Under the pieces are notes generated by a model. The model saw nothing but the letters and a program-made list of their open reading frames with translations. It did no database searches and was not told the DNA's origin. 64,000 bases of DNA from the NCBI GenBank assembly GCA_965112155.1, contig OZ218103.1. One strand, 5' to 3'. Positions 25,620 to 38,505 of the stretch are shown in pieces. How positions within the stretch are numbered: position 1 is the stretch's first letter; every line of letters starts with the position of its first letter. This DNA comes from Podarcis liolepis. Lineage: Eukaryota. The position numbers were made by a program, and so were the translations under genes.

Positions 25620-25960
25620 AGGGAGGAGGGGGAAGAAACGCCCGGCAGGTGACATATTCTAAGAGGGAGCAGCGAAATCGTGTTAACCACTTCAAAATCT
25701 CATATATTCAATCGGCCTCTGGCAAGACATCTGCCTAATGTTAGCGCTTAAATATCCTTTTCCATTTTACATGCATTCAAGTCTCATTTGAGTGAAATGA
25801 AACGGTATTATTAAAGGGAGATTTTGCACAAATGGCCTGAATTTGACATGTCAAGTTCAATGAGGCTGTTACATATGTAATGCTGAGAAGGGGCTCCGAG
25901 GCTCCTGGCACTTGAAACAGCGCCAGTGGCTCAGAAATGAAATTTGCATGCAGCCCTTTT
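25620..25960. promoter_or_regulatory. Candidate CNE/enhancer
   Basis: 22-bp imperfect palindrome at 25838-25859, octamer ATTTGCAT near 25942, retained CpGs. Confidence 0.45.
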
Positions 25961-26864
25961 TCTCCCCACCCTTCCACTGCCTCCCACGGAATGCCAAGTA
26001 GCTGCTCATGCAGTACACAGCCCTGGGTTAGGATCCGGGGACAAGGCACAGTGCCCTATGGTGAAGCACTGAAGGGATCGAGATGCTGGCCCCCCAAGCT
26101 CTATAGTTGACTTTAGAAAAAACATTAAAAGAATCGCTGTGTTGAAAGGTGCCCCAGCTGCCCTCTAATCTGCCTCCACCCAGCCACCCAGTCATGGCAG
26201 AATCCTCTGGGTCTTTTATGCAACTCTTGCAAATGGCCTTTCAGTCTTCTAATGTAAAGATGATGAGATTCTACAGTGACCTTGCTTATTTCCAATACAT
26301 TTGCACATTTAAGCAATATCTAGGCATGTCTAACGTCAGTACCCAGCTTTATCAGCACCTAGCGTTGGCAGGTTCTCATGAATTGCTAAGGGCCCCCTCA
26401 ACCAAGTTTCCAGTCCTGATGCAAATCCCAGTCTACCTTCCTTCCAGCTTTCCAGGTGATCAAGAGACTAGTGAGAGGCTGCACTCAAGGATAATGGAAG
26501 TGTTTGAGCACTCTCATTGGAGAGAGGCAACTTTCATGGTACTTTTCTCCTTAGAGAGGGGGAGGCACAAAAACATGAAGCCCAAGCCCTGCTAACTCCC
26601 TACCCGCCCATCTGTTCTATTGCTGCTGAATTAAAAATGAATGGGAAGGTATCCTAACAAAGCTAGCTAGCACTGTGGTTTTCTAACACTCATTGATTCA
26701 GGCTGTGCCACCTGCACTGATCCTACAGGTTCATTTGTAATTGTGGATTAGCGCAACCTGAACAGTTTATGAGTGCATTTGCACTGATTCAGCATATCTA
26801 GCGCTCAGAAAATCTTTTGTGTTAATAAGTGGCCCTACTATTTAACCAAAATATGTGGGTTGTA

Positions 26865-27073
26865 CAGTGGTACCTCTGGTTACATACACTTCAGGTTACA
26901 GACTCCACTAACCCAGAAATAGTACCTCGGATTAAGAACTTTGCTTCAGGATGAGAACAGAAATTGTGATCTGGCGGGGCTGCAGCAGCGGGAGGCCCCA
27001 TTAGCTAAAGTGGTGCTTCAGGTTAAGAACGGACCTCCAGAACGAATTAAGTACTTAACCCAAGGTACCACTG
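26865..27073. mobile_element. Tigger/pogo-like (Tc1/mariner) MITE
   Basis: TA|CAGTGGTACCT ... AGGTACCACTG|TA; same family as 33296-33510. Confidence 0.88.
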
Positions 27074-27427
27074 TATTAAGTGTAGAATTAAGCAGATAGT
27101 TCTGTCAGCGCAAGGATTTCTCCTAGTTCAGTGAAACAATTCCCCCCGTTCCTCCCCCAGCATACTCCCTAAATCTGTTCTGGGATTTCCCCTGACACTC
27201 TGGAGCAGATTTGGGGATGGCATGGGGCACACAGAGAGAGGAAGAGAGGGAATTTTTTTTGTTTTACTAGTGCAATTACTTCACTGAATATCACATTGTT
27301 CCTCTACATCACAACACATGCAGGAAGTTTCTTATTTAGATAAATGGGTCATGATGTAGGACAGAAGCTGAGAGCTTTGAGATTCTGTAGGACAACTAGA
27401 GCCATAGTATGGCTGCATCCTTACATC

Positions 27428-27562
27428 AGAGATGGGAAACCTATGGCCTTCTAGGTGTTGCTGGACTCCAACTCTCATCAGTCCCAGCCTGCATGGCCAG
27501 TGGCCAGGAATAATGGGAACTGTAGCCCAACAATGTATGAAGAGCCACAGGTCCCTCACATA
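27428..27562. mobile_element. hAT-type MITE
   Basis: cagagatgggaaacctatggcc...ggactccaactctcatcagtcccagc; same family as 9360 and 54179. Confidence 0.65.
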
Positions 27563-27761
27563 TGTCAGGAACCTTGGTGGTCTGAGATGAGTCTGCTCAT
27601 TTATTTTTGCTGAGCTATATGTATGGAATGCATACCCAGTGCTTAAAATCCCCCTTCCTCCTGTATTAGTATTTTGGTATAACATTGCCAGCATCCTCCT
27701 ATTCCATTAGCACTATTATGCAGACATAACAGGAGCTAGTAGAGAGAATGAGATAAAAAAC

Positions 27762-28255
27762 AGGGCTCTTCCAGATAACCAGTGTACTGAGCATTCATCC
27801 TAATTTGTTTGCGCACACACACAGACACAGTGCTTTTTTGGGGGGGGAAGCAGGGGTACACATACCCCTAAACATTTTGTGAATCTAAGTTTGGCCTCCT
27901 TGAGGGGCAGTATTTCAATATAAGTAGGAAAATGAAAGTACCCCTAAACGTTTTTTTAAGGAAAAAAGCACTGTGTACACACACACACACACACACGTTA
28001 AACAACATCACTATTGAGCATTCAATTTGAGTGAAGGTTATATAGCATCACCTGACATTGCCATTATCTGACACTCTCGAGTGTATTTTCCCATCACTTT
28101 TCTTACCACAAAAAATTATGTGGCTGTTTTTTGGAAGTGAATTTATTGTGCAAGAACTTAAGAGCACCAAATGCACTTTAATTGTGCAATCTAAATTTAC
28201 TGGTATATGATAGAATCATACCTGCAAAATAGTGACACAAAATAGTGTGGAAGTG
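27762..28255. repeat. Unclassified interspersed repeat (paralogue at ~60603-60907)
   Basis: Shared blocks cattcatcct..tttgtttgc, catcacttttc, ttgtgcaa...ctaaatt, gcaaaatagt.ac between the two copies. Confidence 0.6.
27828..27973. mobile_element. hAT-like MITE inserted in a CA tract
   Basis: TIRs CAGTGCTTTTTT / AAAAAAGCACTG; no clean 8-bp TSD. Confidence 0.7.
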
Positions 28256-28679
28256 GCCACACTGAGTATAATCACTGAGCTCAGTCTTGAATTCAGGTAA
28301 GACACTCCAGTTTGAAATATGGTGTTTTCTGCCCTCCTGTAATCATGAGTTGGGTTGATCCACTAGGAACTCACCTACAGGGAGCGTATGAGCAGGTACC
28401 ACAAAGTTCCCTGGGTAATCCAGCAGTTGACTGTGCCAGCCCTCTTCAGAATCCTCCTGAGAAGCTAATCCTGAAGAGGTGTGCAAGATGTAATCCTTTC
28501 CCCCCAATAAGAATAAATGGAGTGCATAAAACATAAATAAGTCCCATTGTCACATGCCATGCATCAGGGTCACTGCTCTCACCTCTTGGCTCTCCTAGAT
28601 TTACGCCCAGTGACATAAACCGGCCAGGCAACGCACTGGTACCTCCAAAGCAACCAACACTCAGGTCTTACAGAGCTTC

Positions 28680-29480
28680 GAGCGAGGGAGATTAGAGACA
28701 TTTATGAGTGAGGGCCTTTTTTCTTTCACAAAGCTCCATTGAAATACCTAGTAAATCTCTCACCTTAAAAGCAACCTGACAACCAAGCAGAGATCTAAAG
28801 AGACAGTGACTAGCCAGCATTACTCTCAGTGAGAATTAGACCCCGGTGGCCCCCCATCTCCCTCCATTCGCTAACTTTTTTCTCATTAGTTTCCCTTTGA
28901 TTCCCCCCACCCATCAGCTTTTTAACATTTCATCCTTTCTTTCTTCCCTCTTCTCCTCCCCCTCCTTCCCATGGTATCATGGCGACATCTCCAAGCCAAG
29001 TACTTTTAATTTCGCCTGTGGCCCTTGCTGACACCGTGGATATGCACAGCAAGTTAAATTCCCGCCTGATCAATAAAGCAGAAGCCGTGTGTCCGACCGG
29101 TCGATACTTTTTTATCTGTCTTCAGCCCAGTCCTGCTGATGACAGGCCTCTTGCGCATTGCCAAAGACACTCAAGGGCAACCGGGCTTTCAAAAACACGA
29201 GCACTTTAAATATATATATATCATTATTATTATTATTATTTTATTATTATGTTTATAATCCCCTCCAAAAAAACCCTCTAATATATCCCTATAGGAAGAC
29301 GGAAAGCAGTTCACAGTGTTTGGCCTTTGCTTGAAACATTTTTATGATTTATCTTAATTTTTAATTGAAAAAAAACTTGTGAATTAATTGATTTCTGGGG
29401 CTTGCCAATTAACATTGTAATTGGGTGCATGATAAATTCTGAGGCAGTGTAATTTTTTATTCTTGTCACCAAGAGGGGCT
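28680..29480. promoter_or_regulatory. Candidate CNE/enhancer
   Basis: CpG-rich core 28980-29210 followed by an AT-rich homeodomain cluster (TTTATGATTTAT, TTAATTGA, TGATAAAT). Confidence 0.45.
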
Positions 29481-30594
29481 TGGTGAGGGCAGCTTTTTTC
29501 TGCATGTCCCCTTGCCTAGAATGTACTCTACCTCCAAGGTACCGCCTTGCTTACTGCTAGCAGCTTCTTCAGAAAGAGAGATAAGTAACCTATTCAGCTT
29601 TGCAAAATGGGATCTCTCAAAGGCATAAATTCATGCCTGGTAGATCTGAAGGATAGGGCAGTTCCCTCACAAGGTTCTTTTCCTTCTAGTTTTTCCTTCC
29701 CATTCCACAGCATATACCTAATTAATGCTTCCTCCATTCAGTTATGGCTTAGGAAAGTGAAAGTCTTGAGCTGTTGCTCCTGAAGTAGTGTTGCCCAGTT
29801 GCAACCCTGGGAATATGCATATACCTTTGGATCTCCCAATGCAATAGCAAATGAGGCAGCCACAGCTTATTCCATCCATTCTTTCTCTTTCTTTGTGCAC
29901 TTGGAGCCCTGCTTGCCACACAGCTGGTGGGTAGAAGAAGGGGGGCAGAAAGACTATGGCTACAATGTCTCCCACTTCTTGGAGGTGGTGGGGCTTCAAA
30001 ATATATGAATATTTTGCAGGACACAACCTGGCAATGCTATCTAAAAATGCGTTTGGCAATGGAGAGAAATAGAGGTGTTGTCAGGGCCTGGTCATTATGT
30101 TTTGGCAAGGGAATATGCATCACCCTGCTATGTAACATTTGAGTTGGCAGGTGGAGGAGATGCCCATCTTTAAAGTTTAGAGGATACTTGTGGACCATCA
30201 CCCAATTGCTCAGGTTAAAGGCCCTTTTCCCAGTCTCATTCATTACCCATTACTCAAAGACCCTGTAGGCAGAACAGAAAGAAGAGGTGAAGAGGGTATA
30301 CATAAAGAGGAATGGAGAGTCAAGTTTCAACCAATAGAAGACTCATCAGCTTCTGCATAGTCCAGTGCTATTAGCTGAAAGGTAAAGGTTACCAGAACAC
30401 CACTAGCGAGGAGATACGGCACCACAAACCTGTGTGTGGCACAACATCATTGGAGTCCAGCAGAGTCCACAAACTGTGCATAGACCAATGCTATCACTAA
30501 ACCTAATGTGGTTTAGTCTTTGCCTCATCCCTAGTTTATGTTCAGTGCCAATGAAGATGAAGATGATTAATTATTATTATTAATTTTGTTTAGG

Positions 30595-31085
30595 ATTCAT
30601 TTAATTTATTAATCATTCCCATATATAAAACAGTTATATACATAAAAATAGTTGACACAGTTGCACACATAAAAACAATTTTATACAAAACAATAATAAA
30701 TATAAAAAGGGGATTAAAACAACTGTGTTCACATACATAAGATCAATTCAGGTTGCAACCTGGATAAAGATTTTGGAAGGTTTGTTGAAAGAGGAGCATC
30801 TTTATCAGGCATTGAAAAGGCAAAGAGAAGGCTGGACAACCCAGTCAAATGGGTGGAGTACAAATAATAAAAATATTATTAAAAATTATTATTACTTGTC
30901 TGGTATGCAGTGGGAGGGAGTTCCAAAGGATAGGTGTCACTACACTAAAGGCCTGATTCTGGCATTGTACAGAACACACCTCCTGATAGGATTCCCTCTT
31001 CTTCAGAAAACAGTAATTGGGTATGTAAGGAATGAGACAATATTTTAGGCATCTTGGTATTTGTACACCAATACTAGCACCTTGA
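30595..31085 (-). mobile_element. Degenerate L2-like LINE 3' fragment (host of the Sauria SINE)
   Basis: AT-rich tail followed by gggagggagttcca...gtcactacactaaaggcc, similar to the L2-like segment at 59017-59060. Confidence 0.5.
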
Positions 31086-31437
31086 GGGATGTGGGTGGCG
31101 CTGTGGGTTAAACCACAGATCCTAGGACTTGCTGATCAGAAGAGCAGCGGTTCGAATCCCTGTGACGGGGTGAGCTCCCGTTGCTCGGTCCCTGCTCCTG
31201 CCAACCTAGCAGTTCGAAAGCACGTCAAAGTGCAAGTAGATAAATAGGTACCGCTCTGACAGGAAGGTAAATGGCGTTTCCGTGCACTGCTCTGGTTTGC
31301 CAGAAGCGGCTTAGTCATGCTGGCCATATGACCCGGAAGCTGTACACAGGCTCCCTCGGCCAATAAAGCGAGATGAGCGTCGCAACCCCAGAGTCGGTCA
31401 CGACTGGACCTAATGGTCAGGGGTCCCTTTACCTTTT
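31086..31437 (+). mobile_element. Sauria SINE, full length
   Basis: tRNA-like head (tggcgctgtggg ... ggttcgaatcc), characteristic body ctgccaacctagcagttcgaaagc, (accttt)n tail, 14-bp TSD with 1 mismatch (tactagcaccttga 31072-31085 / taccagcaccttga 31438-31451). Confidence 0.9.
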
Positions 31438-32021
31438 TACCAGCACCTTGAACCTATCTCAGCAGCTAATTGGCAGCCAATGTACATACAGGTTTACATG
31501 CAGTCAATAGGTTTTACATTGATTGCTTCAGCCTTTGAAGGCATCCTACTTTCAGTGGGGAAATTGACAGTTATGCTGTAGTTAGCTACTGTGCCTTTAT
31601 TCAGGAATATGTCAGCCTCTCTCCAGACTTATGTTCATATCATCAACTTTCATGCTTCTCCATTTTCTTGGGTACAGGTATTCTACCTTTAGAGTGGTGT
31701 ATGCCCAAAAGAGTGTAAGTGAATGTTTCTTTTTCAAAAGAAAAGGCCAAGTAATTTTTACTTCATGTTGAGTGTGGCCATCTTTTCTACAAACTCTTCA
31801 GCTATGCCTCTGTCAACATCCTGTGGTTTTGACAGGATCCTGATACACAAAATTTGCAGAGGAAAAGCTTTTTCTGGCATAGATATAAGTTGTTGGAGGA
31901 GCTTCACCTCCTTAATTGCCGTGTCACAGGTTTCTAGTATAAGCACAGGAGCAAGAGGAGTTTGTTTTTTAAGGGTGGCAAGTTGTTTTGTGTTGTGATT
32001 TCAAACTTCTGTTCTTGACAA

Positions 32022-32371
32022 GGGAGCAGGTGATGCTGTGGTCTAAACCTCTTGGGCTTGCTGATCAGAAGGTCGGCAGTTCAAGTCAGCGTGACAGGGT
32101 GAGCTCCTGATGCTCTATTGGAGCTCCTGCCAACCTATTTGTTTCGAAAGCATATCAGTGTGAGTACATAAATAGACGAGAAGGTAAACGGCGTTTCTGT
32201 GTGCTCTGGCATTTGTCACAGTGTCCCGTTGCACCATGTTGGCCACATGACCCAGAAAGCTGTCTGCGGACAAACTCCGGCTCCCTTGGCCTGAAGCGAG
32301 ATGAGCGCTGCACCTAATAGTCAAGTTTGACTGGACTTAACCATCCAGGGGTCCTTTACCTGTACCTTTAC
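32022..32371 (+). mobile_element. Sauria SINE, older and more diverged copy
   Basis: Homologous to 31086-31437, tail ggtcctttacctgtacctttacc, degenerate TSD cttgacaa/cttggcaa. Confidence 0.85.
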
Positions 32372-32454
32372 CTTGGCAAACTGAATTTGTGCCCTGCCAT
32401 ATTTGCTATTGAGATGGGTCAGAGACCTGATTGTGACATTAGTGAAAATGGAGA

Positions 32455-32580
32455 CATGGTGTTGTATTCAACTAAGTTTTATTCACAGAAGACCCATTTA
32501 AATTAATGAACATGATTAAGTTAGGTCCATTAATTTCAGTGTGTCTCCTGTGAATAAAATTGAGTTGAATACTACCCATG
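32455..32580. mobile_element. Palindromic ~125-bp MITE (hairpin)
   Basis: gtattcaact..ttttattcacag pairs with ctgtgaataaaa..agttgaatac along nearly the whole length. Confidence 0.7.
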
Positions 32581-33295
32581 TCCTCTGTTGTTGCACCTCT
32601 TCAGTACTGGGACATTGAAGCTTGGCCTAACTTTGTGGCTGAGATTCTGAATGTGACTGAGCTTGAACTAGGCCTCAGAACACAAAAGTTCAAGCTCCAC
32701 CACATTCTCCCTGTATGACATTAAGTGAATCTGGCAACTCATCTGGGCCTCTGTTCCCCATGTGTATAGAAAGGTTAATAGAGGTTGTAATTTTAAATTT
32801 GTCAGTGATTGTGAGGCCACTTGGACATTTAGTTGTTGAAGGGTGCACCATATGATGAGCAGGTAAGCTAACAAAGTGAACCCAGATGCCCTGGTGAAGG
32901 GCAGGGTAGGGAGAAACATGGGCAGCAGAATAGATTGGGCAACTAAGCTCATGGAAAATGTCTCTAAGTCTTTTCCCCTGCAAGCAAAATTCAACTGTAG
33001 GCCAGTCCTTTTGGTGGATTAAAGCTACCAGCTGGAGGATAATTATTCCCCCATTACAGCTACAGTAACAAAGATCAGTCTCCACACACACACACACACA
33101 CCCCCCCCCGGGCTTGTATCTTGTCTTTTTTCGTCAGACTGGCTTTATGTTTCCCCCCCTCCTGTCGTTTTCTTTTCTGGGAAGAGTTAAGGAGCTGAAT
33201 TTGTTGGTTTCAACCCATAAGGAAAGGCAAAACAAAGTGGAAACCAAAATATAGCCATTTGGCTAAAAGAAAACACACACCCATGTTTCCCTTTA

Positions 33296-33510
33296 CAGTG
33301 GTACCTTGGGTTACAGACGCTTCAGGTTACAGACTCTGCTAACCCAGAAATAGTACCTTGGGTTAAGAAATTTACCTCAGGATGAGAACAGAAATCGTGT
33401 GGCGGCAGCAGGAAGCCCCTTTGGCTAAAGTGGTACCTCAGGTTAAGAACAGTTTCAGGTTAAGAACGGACCTCCAGAACAAATTAAGTTCTTAACCCGA
33501 GGTACCACTG
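33296..33510. mobile_element. Tigger/pogo-like (Tc1/mariner) MITE
   Basis: TA|CAGTGGTACCTTGGGTTA ... TAACCCGAGGTACCACTG|TA; internal caggttaagaac repeats. Confidence 0.9.
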
Positions 33511-34914
33511 TACTTTACCACTGAGTTGATCTTATGGTGCAAGTGATTGCTTCATGGATTCTTATCCTGAAGCTGCTGTGTACAAATTGGAGATTACTGG
33601 CTATCGTGAGCTTGTTCCAAGTGTTATTTTGTGTGGGGTTCCCCCACTGATAAATATAGTGCAGGCTAATGGTCACTGATCATCCTGATTTACAGGTTCT
33701 TGGTTAGGGTTGTAACAAGAGGGCAAGAGATCACTATGGCCTGATTTTAGTGTGGGCAAGTCAATTGCTTGTATTGGAGTTTGGCTGCTTCAGCAGATGT
33801 ACCATTTCTACCCTGCTGCTGATTTGGGGAAGTGCCAAGATGAGTCTCTTGGGGCTAGCATTTGCTTAGCATTGAGTGCCAAGCTTTTTAAAGTCTTCCC
33901 CATTCCCTGCAGCACTACCCTCCCATTTTGTGAGGGTAGATTTGTTTTCTGCTTAGTTCTTTGATGGTCAGGTGGTTGCTCTCTCCAACACAACTGTACT
34001 ATTACTATAGTAATTCTACTATTACTATTATTATTTATCAAAATTTCTATACTGCCCTTCATCTGAAGATCACAGGGTGGTTTACAGTATAAAAGCACAA
34101 AAATGCATAACATTATACAGTAACAAACAAAAGCAATAACCGCTCCCCATAGACTTTCGCACTGTAACAGAATTGCCTGTGCTCCAATGTGTGGACTGAC
34201 TATTCTGCTATTGTCTCTGAATGGTAGAATTAGTGCAACAATAGAAGTGTGGTTGGGACATCCATTTACTTACTGTTATAACAAGCCCTCAGAAACCTTT
34301 ACTCTACACTTTCTAGGCAGAAATCCCAAATAGCTGTTTGTTGTGATTCAGTTTTAAAGAGCAGATTTTTGTGGGGAAAGCTCCAGAGCAAAAAATGAAA
34401 GGGTGTGTGTGTGTGTGTGTGTGCTCGGACACAGAGCTTTAACGTGTGGACCTGTTCCTGGAAAGAGCGGAGCAAATGGTAAGTGAGGATAAGCCCTAAG
34501 TCAAAATGAGTAGATGCTCCCTCTACAATGTGGAGGTCAGGTGGAACTGAATTTAATTGAGAAAAAGCTCCAATCCTAGCTCAGACAGCAAAGCACAGAG
34601 GCTACACCTGCCTTAGTACCACTTTCCAGGCAACTCTTACTTAAAGCTTTGGGTTGTTTCCAAATAACTCATCAGCCCAAGGATTTCTGCTCGTGCAACA
34701 GAATTGCCCCTTTTTTGTGTGCCCCCCCCCCCCGTTCCCTTCTCAGATCTTCTGTGGGTGGTTGGGCAGAAACCCAGAACAGATTTAGGAGGGCCTGGGA
34801 GAGGGGGAGTTCCACTGTGCAAGCAGAAATCTTTGTGCTGATGGAATGAGCTAGTTGGATACCTATCGCTGTACACCATGAAAATATAACAGGGAAGGAT
34901 AGCAGGCGGGAAAG

Positions 34915-35125
34915 AGAAGGGTTGTTGCTCAGTAGAGGAACACATGCCTTGTGTACAGTAGGTTACAGGTTCAATTCCCAGTATCTCCAGTAAGAGCTGA
35001 GAAAATATTCCTGTCAGAAATCCTAGAAAGCTGCTGCCAGTCAAAATAGAGTCTGTATTGTCTGTATCAGTACAGAGCTAGATGGGCCAATGATTTGACT
35101 CAGCATGACAGCTTCCCATGGTCCT
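34915..35125 (+). mobile_element. tRNA-derived SINE with CR1-like tail; partial related copy at 46225-46330
   Basis: gctcagtagagg...caggttcaattccc head, gctgctgccagtca body, gagctagatgggccaatg tail. Confidence 0.6.
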
Positions 35126-35711
35126 ATGCATCTATATTTTTTAAATACAGATTGCTGTCAGATTTTTAAATACTGCCTGCATTCATGAAGGCTATAAATG
35201 AACTTATTTTATATGGAAGTTTGTGTCAAAGCAATGAAACCAACCAACAAAACTCCACGTGCTCTGCTAGGGTCCCTCATTTCAGTTAGGTTTGAAGCAC
35301 ATCCATTATCAAACTATAAGCCAGGATGATTAACAATTTTACATTCATGCTCATGTCATCCTCAGATTTTATTTGGGCTTCTGGGAGGCTGGAGTGAAGA
35401 AAAGTAAAAACAGACTTTTAGACCACTTTGTTTTATCTAAAAGTGGCAGTGTGCAGGCTCACTGTACTTATCCCCATTTGGCAAGCAATATTTTTCTCTC
35501 ATGTTGGAGCATTTTCCCAGTGACTACTAGCTGATATAGGCCACACACATACATACACACACACACACACCAAAAAAACAAAAACAAACCAACAACGAAT
35601 CCCTGCTTCCTTCATGTTGAGCCTTCCCATGGAACAGTCACTGATTAAAAGTGACATTTAAAATTTCCGATTTACTTTTTCACTGCCTCTGTTTATTGCC
35701 TCTCCCCCTCC

Positions 35712-35713
<2 letters not shown>

Positions 35714-35746
<33 letters not shown>
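35714..35746. repeat. (CA)n microsatellite
   Basis: Direct reading. Confidence 0.97.
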
Positions 35747-35748
<2 letters not shown>

Positions 35749-37269
35749 CATATGGTTGAAGCCAGCTCACTGCCCCTATTCTATTGTAGCACCTTTTGCT
35801 ATTGGATGTCATTGTGTAAGCAGTGCATTTCAAGGTAAAATGTTGTTATTCCAAAAAGGAATTCTTATCAAGAGGCTTAATTTTAAACGCTTCTAAAACC
35901 AATAAGGCAGGCTGCTATTAAGATGCTGAATGAGGTGTCAAGAGTTTCACTCACTCACTTGGTGTCAGCTGGAGTTAGGAAAGCTCATGACCTCTTTAAA
36001 GCAGATGCCTCAGGATAACCCTTAGTCTGTCCGGTTTTATACTGAATTAGACTAGTGGTCCATTTGGCCCAGTAGTGTCAACTGCTCTTCAGGAAGATCA
36101 AGTGGGGCCTCTACAAGTAGAGCCATCAGATGTCAGGCAAGACTTGGGAAGGGAGTTCATAGTCATGCATCTCTAGATAGCTGAGACTCTTGTGCCATTG
36201 ACAATTTAGAACACACTTTTAACTAGTTTGTAGAAAAGCAATCAAATTAATGTATTTTTTAAACAGCAGAAAATGAGGTCCACTCTAGATTGGAGTACTA
36301 AAAACTATATTTATTGCATGAAGGAGAGCAAGTAAGATGATGACTTATGTGGACCAAGTGGTGATCATAGAAGCAGAAGTTGCAAAGCCCCCCCCCCCCC
36401 CCCCGATTAAATATTCAAGAGGATAATAGATTTTTGAATTATTGTATAACTCCCATTCATTTCCATGTGGTTTCTGTTGGAGAACTTCCCAGCTGACTTG
36501 CTCTTTGCCAAATATTAAATTACTCTTTGCAGTCTGAGTGTTCAGGATCAGTTGTGTTACAAACTCAGTAAAAGTGTGATCCTATGGCTTAGGAATGGCA
36601 TCCTGGGGGTCATAGGATACAGCAGATCTTCTCCACCATTGGTGGAGAGGGAGGTCTGCCATCAGAGAGGGACCCCAGGATGCTTCCTTATAGTGGTGGC
36701 AGAGAGCTGTGTTGTTGGTACTCCAATAACAGAAAGAACAAGTGTGTGGGTTTCCTGGGCACATTGGGGAAAGCTTTGGATTCAGTGGATCTAAAGCTCC
36801 CTACTGGGCATTCCCTTGGAACAGGAAATAATGATTTCCCTCCCATTAGAGTCTATGGAGCTTTCCCCACCCTCTGCTGATGTGAGCCCAGCAGGGCTGG
36901 GAATCTGGTGTTTCTTCTTCCCCTCCCCAATAGGATTGCTTTGTAAATATGTGCTTCTGCTTCATAACAGATGTGTTTGCAACATAGCCAAATACTAACA
37001 CATATATTTGTGTGTAGAAAGTGGATCAACATGGAAACAATGATTTTTCTTAGAAATATGCAAAGCCCCAAGAACGAAAATCTTACCCACAAACTCCCCC
37101 TTAGCCTCATTAGGGGATGATAGCTATTCCCCATCTGTTAATTCCTGCCTCTTTGTGATCTGCTGCTACCTAAAAGGGGCAAGTAAGTTGTGCTATCATA
37201 ATGAACTGGATAAACAATTCCCCAAACAGATTAAAACTAACTGTAACTTGTAAAGGGTGGGAGGATGGG

Positions 37270-37840
37270 GGGTATGTAGTAATTATATTTTATTAGCTAG
37301 CAAAGCACCATTTTTTGCTTTCAAAGGATAATTCTATGTAAATCATCTTAATTAGAAGTGTCAGACAAACCTGTGAAGATCATAGTTAGCAAGTAATTTC
37401 CTATGTATGGGTTATAATTTAAACCACATGGATCGCTCGCTGTGTGGCAATATGCTGGCCATGAAATAATGTGGGGAGTGTCGGTTGAGGTTATTACTAT
37501 GTAAATGTGTGATCATTTCAGACCGCTCCTGACTTGCTTAGTGATTAAAGAGAATTCTGAGGTCTCCAAAGATTGTGCTCTTTGCAAGGGCCTGGAGCAG
37601 AAAACTTTAAAAGGTGCTGGAAAGTGTTTGAACTTTAAAGGTCGTGATTTCCCTTTTACCATTTTTAATTTGCCACCACTGTTTATGGGAAGGAAGGTTT
37701 CTCTTTGCTTATGGCCTCTCACTTTCCCAACCATCAGGCTAGCGATTAATGATTTGCTCTCGGAAGGACTGGACAAGAGAGAGTGTTGCCGCTTTACACA
37801 ATACATTTACCTATGCACATAACTTACCTGTGTGTTTAAA
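37270..37840. promoter_or_regulatory. Candidate CNE/enhancer
   Basis: GTAAATCA, TTAATTAG, CTTTCAAAG, TTTATGG x2 and GATTAATGAT in repeat-free sequence. Confidence 0.4.
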
Positions 37841-38164
37841 AACACGATCTCTGACTTGGTTCTTTAATCCCAGAAGAAAAGGCTGAAATGGAGGCGTCAG
37901 CCTGTTCTGGGTTATGTGTTCTTATAATGAAGCAACAGATATGCAATACTTGTAGGAAGAATGGTCCCTTGGCCTGACCTGGTAAGACTGTATTAATGCA
38001 CTGAAGTGTGACCCACAAAAATCACATTCTAATTCTCTAGATGAATTAATCTGGACTAGTTACTGCTAGTTAAATGATCTTCAGCATGTGCTGTTACTAC
38101 TGAGAGTAGAATCAGAAGCACTTATACTCCTTAAATATTCTCAACTTTCTTTAACTGTGCTCAT

Positions 38165-38505
38165 CATCTTGAGGCCCTTCTTTGTGTGCTCCCTACACAA
38201 GAGGCCTGGAGGGTGGCAACACAGGAACAGGCCTTTTTTGCGGTGGCTCCGTTTGTGGAGTGCTCCCCACAGGGAGACTCACCTGACACCAGGCAAAAGC
38301 TTTGGCCTTTTAACTATCTGTGGTCTTTCAGAAGTGTGTGGGATGTTTTTAATGTATTTCTCTTTCCTTTTGGTTTTCATGTATCCATGTGGGGTGTAAT
38401 GTTTGTTTGTTTGTTTGTTTGTTTGTTTGTTTGTCCATTCATTTGTAAGTTGCTTTGGGTTGCCCTGGGCACTGAAGCAACTAATAAATTCAATAAATAA
38501 AAATA
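38165..38505 (+). mobile_element. L2-like LINE 3' fragment with embedded (GTTT)n
   Basis: caggcctttttt.cggtggctcc..tgtgga...ctccc and tgtaagttgctttggg...aataaataaa tail. Confidence 0.6.

Noticed and set aside
31086-31165. tRNA gene (also 2368-2440 and 34915-34990)
   Set aside because: The A/B boxes belong to SINE heads that continue into SINE bodies and tails; no complete cloverleaf.
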